A stretch of 26,229 nt of DNA from positions 1-26,229 of the forward strand of contig JAZRCO010000077.1 of NCBI GenBank assembly GCA_045659855.1. The letters are read 5' to 3'. Shown one piece after another: positions 9,419 through 19,833 of the stretch. A program made the position numbers and the translations under genes. Below the pieces are notes generated by a model. That model saw only the letters and a program-made list of their open reading frames with translations, did not search any database and was not told the origin of the DNA. The DNA is from Eubacteriales bacterium. GTDB lineage: Bacteria; Bacillota; Clostridia; Oscillospirales; CAG-272. Positions within the stretch are counted from its first letter, which is position 1, and every line of letters begins with the position of its first letter.

Positions 9419-10539
9419 TGAACGGCACCGATAACAAGCAAGCAAACGGCGCAAAGCTAAGGATTCCGATATTCTCATACGTTTTCTTTGGCATAGCGGT
9501 CATCTCCTCGATACTCTATTTCATTGCGTTAAACAACACCGCATTTGCCGATTCCTTTAACAATAGCGTTTCGGCAGTTCTTAGAGGCGCATTGGCGATG
9601 CTGACGAATATCCTTCCCCTATCGTTTGCCGAGCTTTTAATTATTTTCTCACCCGTAATACTCTTTTTCGCAATTAGATTTGCAATAAAGAAGTATTCAG
9701 ACTCGTGGCACAATGTTGGTATAATGTGCGTAACGGTGCTTTCCATCGGCGCCTTAATATACAGTGTTTTCGCTCTCAATTTCGGCATCGCATATCACAC
9801 GAGCCCCCTTGATAAAAAGCTCGAGCTCGACAAAAAAACGGTCTCCGCAAGCGAGCTTGCCTCCACCGCCGATTGGCTAATATCCGAGGTCAATGCCGTG
9901 ATCGACAGTGTGGAGTTTGAAGAAAAAAGCTCTTCCGTTATGCCATTTAGCATTCGCGAGATGAACGATAAGCTACTCTTGTCGTATAAAAAAATCAACA
10001 CGGAGTATCCCTTTATCACAAAATTAAGATCCCGAGTCAAGCCCATAATCCTCAGCGAGCCCATGACATATACTCACATCTCGGGCGTCTATACCTTCTT
10101 TACGGGAGAGGCGAATCTCAACACCAACGGACCCGATTATTCCCTCGTTTATACCAGCGCACACGAGCTTGCTCACCAAAGGGGCATCGCAAGAGAGGAC
10201 GAGGCAAATTTCGTTGCGTTTTTGGTTTGCTCGTCAAGTGAGGATCCCTATATAAAATATTGCGGATATATGAATCTTTGCGAATACGTTTTGAATGCTC
10301 TTTACAGCGCCGACTCAAAGCTGTGGGAGGAAACATACAAAAAGCTCGATAACCGCGCAATATACGAAATGATAGCTTATAACAAGCATTATGAAAAATA
10401 CCGCGACAACGTGGTGGGTGAGATAAGCGGAGCAATAAACGATGCCTATCTTCAAGCCAACGGAACACAGGGATCGGTGAGCTACGGACTCGTCGTTGAC
10501 CTTGCGGTAGCATATTTTCACGATAGAATTGAAAACTGA
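9418..10539 (+). CDS. membrane-anchored zincin-like protein (DUF3810 family)
   Basis: three N-terminal hydrophobic segments; SGVYTFFTGEANLN, AHELAHQRG and REDEANF motifs; TAATG overlap with the upstream gene. Confidence 0.8.
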   Translation: MNGTDNKQANGAKLRIPIFSYVFFGIAVISSILYFIALNNTAFADSFNNSVSAVLRGALAMLTNILPLSFAELLIIFSPVILFFAIRFAIKKYSDSWHNVGIMCVTVLSIGALIYSVFALNFGIAYHTSPLDKKLELDKKTVSASELASTADWLISEVNAVIDSVEFEEKSSSVMPFSIREMNDKLLLSYKKINTEYPFITKLRSRVKPIILSEPMTYTHISGVYTFFTGEANLNTNGPDYSLVYTSAHELAHQRGIAREDEANFVAFLVCSSSEDPYIKYCGYMNLCEYVLNALYSADSKLWEETYKKLDNRAIYEMIAYNKHYEKYRDNVVGEISGAINDAYLQANGTQGSVSYGLVVDLAVAYFHDRIEN

Positions 10540-10674
10540 ATATTATGGTTATAAATTGATTGAAAAAAATTCTTCAATTGATAAAAAAACTATTCCATTT
10601 TGGGCAGTTGTATGATATACTGTAATTAGAGTAGAAAAATACGACTGCCAATTTTGTTGGAGGGCTTTACATAT

Positions 10675-11952
10675 ATGGATAAAATTATTATTAACGGAGG
10701 AAATAAGCTTTACGGCGACGTTTACATCAACGGTATGAAAAACGCCGCACTCCCCATTATTTTTGCAACAATTCTTACTGCTGATAAATGTGTTATTGAA
10801 AACGTTCCCAACGTAAGCGATATTACTATGTCGTTTGAAATCTTACAAACAATGGGAGCAAAGATAAATTATCTCAATGCGACCTCGGTCGAAATTGATA
10901 CTTCCGAGCTCGAATACGGAACGTCCCCAAAGGATCTCGTTATGAGAATGAGGGGCTCCACCTACCTTCTCGGTGCGGAGCTTGCAAGATTCCACAAATC
11001 CAAGGTGGCACACCCCGGAGGATGTAATTTCGGCTCTCGTCCCATCGACATGCACATCAAGGGCTTTGAGGCACTTGGTGCAAGCGTTTCTCAACACGAC
11101 GAATACGTATTGGCCGACGCTCCGAACGGTCTCGTTGGCAATTCCATTTACTTTGACATCGCTTCAGTAGGCGCAACCGTTAACATTATGCTTGCGGCAA
11201 CTCTTTCACAGGGTCAAACCGTTATTGAAAATGCGGCTCGCGAGCCCCATATAGTTGACCTTGCAAACTTCCTTAATATGTGCGGCGCGGATATCAAGGG
11301 TGCAGGTACGGGCATTATCAAGATCAACGGTGTTGAAAAGCTCAAGGGCTGCAACTACGATATCATTCCCGATATGATAGAGGCAGGCACATATATGACC
11401 GCTGTAGCGGCAACGGGCGGCGAGGTAAATATTAAAAACGTGATCCCCAAGCACCTTGAGATAATTTCTACAAAGCTCATTGAGATGGGAGTTGAGGTTG
11501 AAACACACGACGATTATCTTACCGTGCGTTCAAATGGCTCACTCAAGCCCACCAATATTCAAACGCTTCCCTATCCCGGCTTCCCCACGGATATGCACCC
11601 ACAGTTTGGCACGCTCCTTTGCATTGCCGACGGTGATAGCACCGTATATGAAACCATTTGGAAGAATCGCTTTAAATATGCCTTGGAGCTTGAAAAAATG
11701 GGCGCAAGCGTTATGATCAACGAGCCCTTTGCCGCATTCAAGGGAGTGGAAAAGCTCCACGGTGCAACAGTTAGCTCGGTTGACCTGAGAGGTGGTGCGG
11801 CTCTCGTTATTGCAGGCCTTATTGCCGAGGGTACGACGGAAATCGTCAATATATCCACCATTGAGCGCGGATATTTCGATATAGTCGGCAAGCTCAAGGA
11901 GCTCGGTGCGGACATTTCAAAGGTCTACGTCGACGAAAACGCATTTATTTAA
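10675..11952 (+). CDS. murA: UDP-N-acetylglucosamine 1-carboxyvinyltransferase
   Basis: GMKNAALP, active-site PGGCNFGSRPIDMH, SVGATVN, AREPHIVDL, YPGFPTD, DLRGGAAL, ERGY; GGAGGG RBS before ATG 10675. Confidence 0.96.
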   Translation: MDKIIINGGNKLYGDVYINGMKNAALPIIFATILTADKCVIENVPNVSDITMSFEILQTMGAKINYLNATSVEIDTSELEYGTSPKDLVMRMRGSTYLLGAELARFHKSKVAHPGGCNFGSRPIDMHIKGFEALGASVSQHDEYVLADAPNGLVGNSIYFDIASVGATVNIMLAATLSQGQTVIENAAREPHIVDLANFLNMCGADIKGAGTGIIKINGVEKLKGCNYDIIPDMIEAGTYMTAVAATGGEVNIKNVIPKHLEIISTKLIEMGVEVETHDDYLTVRSNGSLKPTNIQTLPYPGFPTDMHPQFGTLLCIADGDSTVYETIWKNRFKYALELEKMGASVMINEPFAAFKGVEKLHGATVSSVDLRGGAALVIAGLIAEGTTEIVNISTIERGYFDIVGKLKELGADISKVYVDENAFI

Positions 11953-11972
11953 TTTAATTTAGACTAAATAAT

Positions 11973-12003
11973 AATCCCTCAACCGTTGGTTGAGGGATTT
12001 ATT
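11973..12003 (+). terminator. intrinsic terminator after murA
   Basis: AATCCCTCAACC-GTT-GGTTGAGGGATT 12-bp stem followed by TATTT. Confidence 0.8.
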
Positions 12004-12059
12004 TGCGAAAAAAATGTGTTAAAAATTTCTCAAAAGTACTCTAAATTAAGGGGTAATTG

Positions 12060-12088
12060 TTGACTTTTGGCAAAAAATATGGTAAAAT
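12060..12088 (+). promoter_or_regulatory. sigmaA-type promoter upstream of the kinase and ligA
   Basis: TTGACT (12060-12065), 17 bp, TG-G-TAAAAT with AT-rich flanks. Confidence 0.65.
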
Positions 12089-12139
12089 ATTTAATTACTG
12101 AAGTATAAATAAACTTATATAAAAATAGGAGAAAATAAA

Positions 12140-12718
12140 ATGGCAAAAAGAATGATTTTAGTAACGTCACCGCCCGCTTCAGGCAAGACGTTCGTTTCAC
12201 AGCAGCTTGCAAAAAAGCTTCCTCATATAGTTTACCTTGACAAGGATGCGCTCATTCCCCTTTCAAATAGAGTGTTCCACGTTGCGGGTGAGGAAAATAA
12301 CCGCTCCTCCGATTTCTTTGAGGAGAACATTAGAAACTACGAATACATTGCTATTCTCGACATCGGCTTCGAGGCACTTGAATATGCCGATCTCGTTCTC
12401 ATCAACGCTCCCTTTACAAGAGAGGTTAGAGACAACGAGTACATAAAGGATCTTAGAGAAAAGCTCGCACAAAGAGGTGCGGATCTCGTTGTTATTTGGG
12501 TAGAGACCGATGTTGAGGTTACCCGTCAAAGAATGATAAAGAGAAACTCTCCAAGAGATACTTGGAAGCTCGCTAACTGGGATGAATACATTTCGGGTAG
12601 AGATTACTCCACCCCCGATATTCCCTCCCTTTCAGACTGCCTTGTTAAATTCTACAACTCCAGCAACGAGGAGTTCAACGAGTCAATGGAGAGAATCACA
12701 AAATTCCTTCTTGCATAA
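12140..12718 (+). CDS. P-loop kinase/ATPase (AAA_33-like), substrate unknown
   Basis: VTSPPASGKT Walker A variant, YLDKD, RQRMIKRNSPRD lid-like motif; AGGAG RBS. Confidence 0.75.
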   Translation: MAKRMILVTSPPASGKTFVSQQLAKKLPHIVYLDKDALIPLSNRVFHVAGEENNRSSDFFEENIRNYEYIAILDIGFEALEYADLVLINAPFTREVRDNEYIKDLREKLAQRGADLVVIWVETDVEVTRQRMIKRNSPRDTWKLANWDEYISGRDYSTPDIPSLSDCLVKFYNSSNEEFNESMERITKFLLA

Positions 12719-12732
12719 TAAGCAACCAATAA

Positions 12733-14748
<2,016 letters not shown>

Positions 14749-14753
14749 CGCAA

Positions 14754-15320
14754 TTAAAGTAGCCCCGTGTATTGCAGTATACCATTATAGATACCCTCTG
14801 CAAATAGCTCGGGGCTATTATGCATAAGGGACGCATCCCCCGGATTTGAAATAAAGCCCATCTCAACGAGAACGGCGGGCATTTGCGTTTTTCTTAGAAC
14901 GTATAGCCCGGGGCGTTCAACTATGCCCCTGTTTCGTAATCCCGATATCCTATTCAACCAAAAAAGAATATCCTCCCCAATCTCGCTCGCAACGCTCGGC
15001 TCGGTGTAAACCAGCACCTCGCTCCCCGAAACCGCGCTATTCGTTGATGCATTGGCGTGCAGACTCACGAAATAGTCTGCGCCGAAGGCGTTTGCCTCAT
15101 CCACCCTTATGCGAAGACTTGAGGAGTTGGACGTCCCGATACTTGACTGTGGCGTTGGGCGACTTACCCTGACGTCAAAATTTCCGTTAGAACGCAACAG
15201 GTCGGCAAGACGAATGCCTATCTCGTAGGTCAAGTCTTGCTCAACATATCCGTTCCCCTCCGCACCCGCGTTGGGTGATTTTGGATTATGTCCCTGATCT
15301 ATATAAATCTTTATAGCCAT
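14754..15320 (-). CDS. single-domain N-acetylmuramoyl-L-alanine amidase (Amidase_3)
   Basis: IYIDQGH, E-QDLT, FVSLHAN, PAVLVEMGFISN zinc/catalytic motifs; no signal peptide or binding domain seen. Confidence 0.9.
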   Translation of the reverse strand: MAIKIYIDQGHNPKSPNAGAEGNGYVEQDLTYEIGIRLADLLRSNGNFDVRVSRPTPQSSIGTSNSSSLRIRVDEANAFGADYFVSLHANASTNSAVSGSEVLVYTEPSVASEIGEDILFWLNRISGLRNRGIVERPGLYVLRKTQMPAVLVEMGFISNPGDASLMHNSPELFAEGIYNGILQYTGLL

Positions 15321-15389
15321 ATCGACCCCCAAAATTTCTTAATTGATATCATCTTATGAAATGCCCTCGGGTTGTGTGAAAGGAGCGCT

Positions 15390-16271
15390 ATGAGTAGCAT
15401 TAAAACAACAAACTTAGATATTGAAAAGAATAAGGTAGAAAAAAGCACTCTCTATCTTGTGGCAACTCCCATCGGCAACCTCGCCGATCTTTCGGAGCGC
15501 GCTGTCAAGGTGCTCTCCGAGGTGGATTTTATTGCCGCCGAGGATACGAGAAACTCTATGAAGCTCCTCTCCTATCTTGGCATATCAAAGCCAATGGTGT
15601 CCTATTTTGAGCACAACAAGAGAGAGAGGGGACAAGTTATAGTTGACCGTCTCAAGGGCGGTGAATCCTGCGCTCTCATTACGGATGCAGGAACACCCGC
15701 AATCAGTGATCCGGGCGAGGATATCGTTGCTCTTTGCGCAGAGCAAGGCGTAAGCGTAACGAGTATTCCCGGTGCCTGTGCCGGCATTGTGGCACTCACG
15801 CTTTCGGCTCTTCCAACGGGTAGATTTTGCTTTGAGGGCTTCCTCTCCGCAAACAAGGGTGAAAGACGTGAAAGACTCTCCGAGCTCGAAAACGAAAGAA
15901 GAACAATGATTTTCCACGAAGCCCCCCACAAGCTCAAGGCAACTCTTGAGGATATGCTTCGTATATTCGGCAGCGAGAGAAGAATCTCACTTTGCCGAGA
16001 GCTGACCAAGAAAAACGAGGAGGTTCTCCGCTTCACTCTCAAAGAGGCAGTTGAATATTACAACGAAAATGCGCCGAGAGGCGAATACGTGCTCATCATC
16101 GAGGGCGCTCAGGGTAAAGCGAAATCCGAATGCTTTTGGGATAATATGAGCATTGAGGAACACGTTGAATTCTACGTTTCAAACGGACTCTCAAAAATGG
16201 ACGCAATAAAGTCCTGTGCCAAGGACAGAGGCGTACACAAAAACATAGTATATAAAGAGATCTGCAATTAA
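15390..16271 (+). CDS. rsmI: 16S rRNA C1402 2'-O-methyltransferase
   Basis: LYLVATPIGNLADLSERA, AEDTR, DAGTPAISDPG, FHEAPHKL, CRELTK, RGEYVL; AAGGAG RBS before ATG 15390. Confidence 0.96.
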   Translation: MSSIKTTNLDIEKNKVEKSTLYLVATPIGNLADLSERAVKVLSEVDFIAAEDTRNSMKLLSYLGISKPMVSYFEHNKRERGQVIVDRLKGGESCALITDAGTPAISDPGEDIVALCAEQGVSVTSIPGACAGIVALTLSALPTGRFCFEGFLSANKGERRERLSELENERRTMIFHEAPHKLKATLEDMLRIFGSERRISLCRELTKKNEEVLRFTLKEAVEYYNENAPRGEYVLIIEGAQGKAKSECFWDNMSIEEHVEFYVSNGLSKMDAIKSCAKDRGVHKNIVYKEICN

Positions 16272-16282
16272 GGAGGTCGTTT

Positions 16283-17356
16283 ATGAAAAAAAGAGTTGGT
16301 ATAGTTGGCGCCACGGGTATGGTTGGTCAAAGATTTCTCACCTTGCTTGAGGATCATCCTTATTTTGAGGTGACCGCTCTCGCGGCAAGCTCGCGAAGTG
16401 CGGGAAAATCCTATGCCTGTGCCGTGGGTGATCGCTGGAAAATGAGCACGCCCATTCCCGAAAAATTCAAGGATATGATAATAATCGATGCGCAATGCAT
16501 AAGCGAGATAGCTCCACTTGTGGACTTCGTTTTTTGCGCCGTAGATATGAAAAAGGACGAGATAAAAGCACTCGAGGAGGCATATGCGAAAATGGAGATA
16601 CCCGTGGTATCGAACAATTCCGCAAATAGAGGCACTCCCGACGTTCCCATGGTCATTCCCGAGGTAAATCCCGATCATCTTGAGGTTATCGCCTCACAAA
16701 GAAAGCGCCTTGGAACAAAGCGCGGCTTTATCGCAGTAAAGCCCAACTGCTCAATACAATCCTACGTGCCCGCCCTCACTCCCCTTCTTTGCTACGAGCC
16801 CTATGAGATAGTTGCCACCACCTATCAGGCAATCTCGGGTGCGGGCAAAACCTTTGCCGAATGGCCCGAAATGATCGACAACGTCATTCCCTACATCGGC
16901 GGTGAGGAGGAAAAGAGCGAGCAAGAGCCCCTCAAGGTTTGGGGCACACTCCAAAACGGAGAGATTGTAAAGGCGACGTCCCCCGTTATCACAACGCAGT
17001 GCATTAGAGTGCCCGTTACCGACGGACACACCGCAGCTGTGTTCGTAAAATTCAGAAGAAAGCCCGCAAAGGAGGATATCCTCAAGGCGTGGCAGGATTT
17101 TAAGGGCGAACCGCAGGAGCTTGAGCTTCCCCACGCACCAAAGCAATTTATCACTTATTTTGAGGAGGATAACCGTCCTCAAGCCAAGCTCGACCGCGAT
17201 ATTTACGGTGGCATGGGCGTTACGGTAGGAAGACTTAGAGAGGATCACGTCTATGATTACAAATTTGTTGGACTCTCCCACAACACCCTTAGAGGTGCGG
17301 CAGGCGGCGCCGTGCTGATCGCCGAGCTTCTTTACAAAAAAGGTTATTTCGATTAA
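16283..17356 (+). CDS. asd: aspartate-semialdehyde dehydrogenase
   Basis: VGATGMVGQRF, catalytic KPNCS, YQAISGAG, CIRVPVTDGH, HNTLRGAAGGA. Confidence 0.96.
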   Translation: MKKRVGIVGATGMVGQRFLTLLEDHPYFEVTALAASSRSAGKSYACAVGDRWKMSTPIPEKFKDMIIIDAQCISEIAPLVDFVFCAVDMKKDEIKALEEAYAKMEIPVVSNNSANRGTPDVPMVIPEVNPDHLEVIASQRKRLGTKRGFIAVKPNCSIQSYVPALTPLLCYEPYEIVATTYQAISGAGKTFAEWPEMIDNVIPYIGGEEEKSEQEPLKVWGTLQNGEIVKATSPVITTQCIRVPVTDGHTAAVFVKFRRKPAKEDILKAWQDFKGEPQELELPHAPKQFITYFEEDNRPQAKLDRDIYGGMGVTVGRLREDHVYDYKFVGLSHNTLRGAAGGAVLIAELLYKKGYFD

Positions 17357-17375
17357 CCGAAGGAAAGGCAAAAAC

Positions 17376-17633
17376 ATGATTATAAAATTAGTGCTTGATA
17401 GATTTGAAGAGGATATTGCCGTTTGTCTTGACGATGACGACAAGAGATATCTCATTCCAAGATCGGTATTGCAAAACGTGAACGTCAATGATTTCTTCAA
17501 TATCGAATTCGACGGAGAAAGCTATTCCTCACCCGTTGTTTTGACCGAAGAAACGCAAGCGAAAAAGGAAGAAATCTCTCAAAGAATGAAAAAGCTCTTT
17601 AAAATGCAACACAGGAGACCGCCAAGATTATGA
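17376..17633 (+). CDS. small protein, DUF3006-like
   Basis: LVLDRFEEDIAVC N-terminus typical of DUF3006; AAGG RBS; ATGA overlap with the next gene. Confidence 0.7.
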   Translation: MIIKLVLDRFEEDIAVCLDDDDKRYLIPRSVLQNVNVNDFFNIEFDGESYSSPVVLTEETQAKKEEISQRMKKLFKMQHRRPPRL

Positions 17634-18805
17634 TGGATTTTGATAGCAAAATAAAAGACTTTGCCTCCGCAATTCTTTGCGCCGCCGAATGCAAGGCACT
17701 CAAAAAGGCAACGTTTTCAAAAAGCAAGGACAAAAGCATAATAAAAACCGTTCTCACGCTTAAAAACATATCGGGCAAGACCTGTCTACAAGCTGAAAGC
17801 TTTCACTCGGACAATAAGGCAAAGCATAAAAATATAGCGCTCGACGGGGCGGCTCACTCGATCCTTTGCGAAATGATCGACTTGCATATGCAGGTCAATC
17901 TCATAACCACGGCGGGCGAATGCGAGTACAAATCCTCAAAATCGGGCAAGATCACGCTTATAGGCGTCAGCGCACTCACCGCAAAGCTCTCTTCGTCAAG
18001 CGTTGTTGAAGCGGAGATAAAGGGTAACAATCACCAAAAGAATCACATAATAGACGGCTCAGCTCCCTTTTTGCAGCACCTCGGTGTAAGCGATACAAAC
18101 GGAAGGATTTACGATAAAAAGCAATCTAAATTCCGTCAAATAAACAAATTCGTTGAAAACGTGAGAGATATCTATTCCCATCTCCCCGAGGAGGGCGAGC
18201 TTGTTGTGTATGACCTTTGCTGCGGTAAGAGCTATCTTTCATTTGCGGTCTATCACTATCTCAAAAACGTGATGGGGCGCGATGTGAAGATGTACGGAGT
18301 GGATCTTAAGGCGGACGTTATCGATTACTGCAATAGCGTTGCGCGTGAGGTCGGCTTTGACGGACTCGAATTCTTTTGCGAGGATATCACGAAATACGAA
18401 TGCGAGAGAAAACCGCATCTCGTCATCTCCCTCCACGCATGCGACATTGCAACGGACATCGTTCTCCAAAAAGCGATCGACGAGGAGGCGAGAGTTATCC
18501 TTTCAACTCCCTGCTGCCATCACGAGCTCAATCACACGATAAATTGCAAGTCACTCGCCTTCGTTACCGAGTATTCAATGCTCCGTCAAAAGCTTTGTGA
18601 TGCCGCAACGGATGCACTCAGACTCAAAAAGCTTGAGGCAAACAACTATTCGTGCGTTGCTATGGAGCTTATCGATCCCGAGGAAACTCCCAAAAACATC
18701 CTCTTAAGAGCAATTAAAAAGCCGAATACTCCCGCAAACCTCAAGCGCGCGCAAGCGGCTCAGCAGGAATACGAGGCGGCTAAAACATTTTTACTTGGTG
18801 AATAA
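17630..18805 (+). CDS. class I SAM-dependent methyltransferase (Methyltransf_32-like)
   Basis: KFRQINKF, DLCCGKSYL, GVDLK, ISLHACDIATD, PCCHHEL, TPKNILL. Confidence 0.88.
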   Translation: MMDFDSKIKDFASAILCAAECKALKKATFSKSKDKSIIKTVLTLKNISGKTCLQAESFHSDNKAKHKNIALDGAAHSILCEMIDLHMQVNLITTAGECEYKSSKSGKITLIGVSALTAKLSSSSVVEAEIKGNNHQKNHIIDGSAPFLQHLGVSDTNGRIYDKKQSKFRQINKFVENVRDIYSHLPEEGELVVYDLCCGKSYLSFAVYHYLKNVMGRDVKMYGVDLKADVIDYCNSVAREVGFDGLEFFCEDITKYECERKPHLVISLHACDIATDIVLQKAIDEEARVILSTPCCHHELNHTINCKSLAFVTEYSMLRQKLCDAATDALRLKKLEANNYSCVAMELIDPEETPKNILLRAIKKPNTPANLKRAQAAQQEYEAAKTFLLGE

Positions 18806-19770
18806 TGACTTATAAAAATCTAAAAAAATACATCTTGGAGAATCAAAGCTCCAAGATGGCTATTCCCTTTGACTTGATATCATTCGATATCAAGTCAAAA
18901 ATTATATTAACAGTTGGAGATACGACAAGTAATGCTTCGGCATTCCTCTCCTCGATAATGACGGACTGCGGCATTTCTCACTCCCGCTACGCAGGGATGG
19001 ATAGAATCGAGATCAAAAGACGTTTCACTCGAAGTAATGGTTCTCCGTCAATTGAGGAGCTTTGCGATATGGCGCAAGCCGTTCTTAAAAGGTGTGGCAG
19101 GGGCATATCGGGAGAAGCACTGCTCGTTCTTTGCGCTACCCAACTACTTCAAGGGGATGAATTTCTCCTTTTAGACGTTAGCGAGGAGCTATATCCTGAA
19201 ATCATTAGGCATTTAACTCCCTTTGCCGTTGTTTTTGCAACACGCAACGACGAGCTCACAAGGTCACTCATTTCTCTTGCTCCAAGCGGCGTCAAGGAGA
19301 TCGTGGCTCTAAGCGAAGAGGATAATTTCGACTACATATCCTCCCTGCACACCGAAAACGGCGCAAGGATAAGCTATGCCTCGAAAAACAAGATCACCGT
19401 CTTTCACGGAAATGCGCTTGGAACTGAGTTTTTCCACTATGATTTCAAATATTTCGTCCCCATAATAGACCAAAACAATCTTCCTCTTGCTCATCTTTCG
19501 ATAGAGGCGGCAAGTGCGATCCTCGCACCGAGCAGGAATCAAATCCTTCGAGGCCTTCAAAAATCCATACCACCCGACGATTTCACGGTGCATTCCCTCT
19601 CGCCCACGGTGCTTTTAAGAGAAAGCGAAGGGCCTTTCACTCTACATAACGAAATGAAATTCAAGATCATACGCGAAGGCGAGGATTTTTTATTTCCAAG
19701 CGAGGACACCGCCTTTTGCGGATCGGTCGATTTCATCGCAAGGGTTAAAGAACAGTTAAAGAAAAAATAA
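18805..19770 (+). CDS. degenerate FolC/Mur-ligase-like protein lacking catalytic motifs
   Basis: colinear by eye with FolC blocks along most of its length, but the P-loop reads GDTTSNA; intact ORF with TAATG coupling. Confidence 0.55.
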   Translation: MTYKNLKKYILENQSSKMAIPFDLISFDIKSKIILTVGDTTSNASAFLSSIMTDCGISHSRYAGMDRIEIKRRFTRSNGSPSIEELCDMAQAVLKRCGRGISGEALLVLCATQLLQGDEFLLLDVSEELYPEIIRHLTPFAVVFATRNDELTRSLISLAPSGVKEIVALSEEDNFDYISSLHTENGARISYASKNKITVFHGNALGTEFFHYDFKYFVPIIDQNNLPLAHLSIEAASAILAPSRNQILRGLQKSIPPDDFTVHSLSPTVLLRESEGPFTLHNEMKFKIIREGEDFLFPSEDTAFCGSVDFIARVKEQLKKK

Positions 19771-19831
19771 AAGCAGTTGACACGGCAAAGTGAACGGCGA
19801 TAACGTTCACTTCAAGCATGCAACTGCTTTT
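19769..19831. terminator. long hairpin, likely bidirectional terminator between convergent genes
   Basis: AAAAGCAGTTG/CAACTGCTTTT outer stem and AGTGAACG/CGTTCACT inner stem, flanked by A and T runs. Confidence 0.7.
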
Positions 19832-19833
19832 TA

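Noticed and set aside
11979-11993. Second TCAAC-N5-GTTGA match, as a distal site for the HTH-SdaA operator
   Set aside because: It is the core of the murA terminator stem, so the symmetry is already explained
16751-17500. 249-aa minus-strand ORF
   Set aside because: Antisense to asd and the DUF3006-like gene, no motifs
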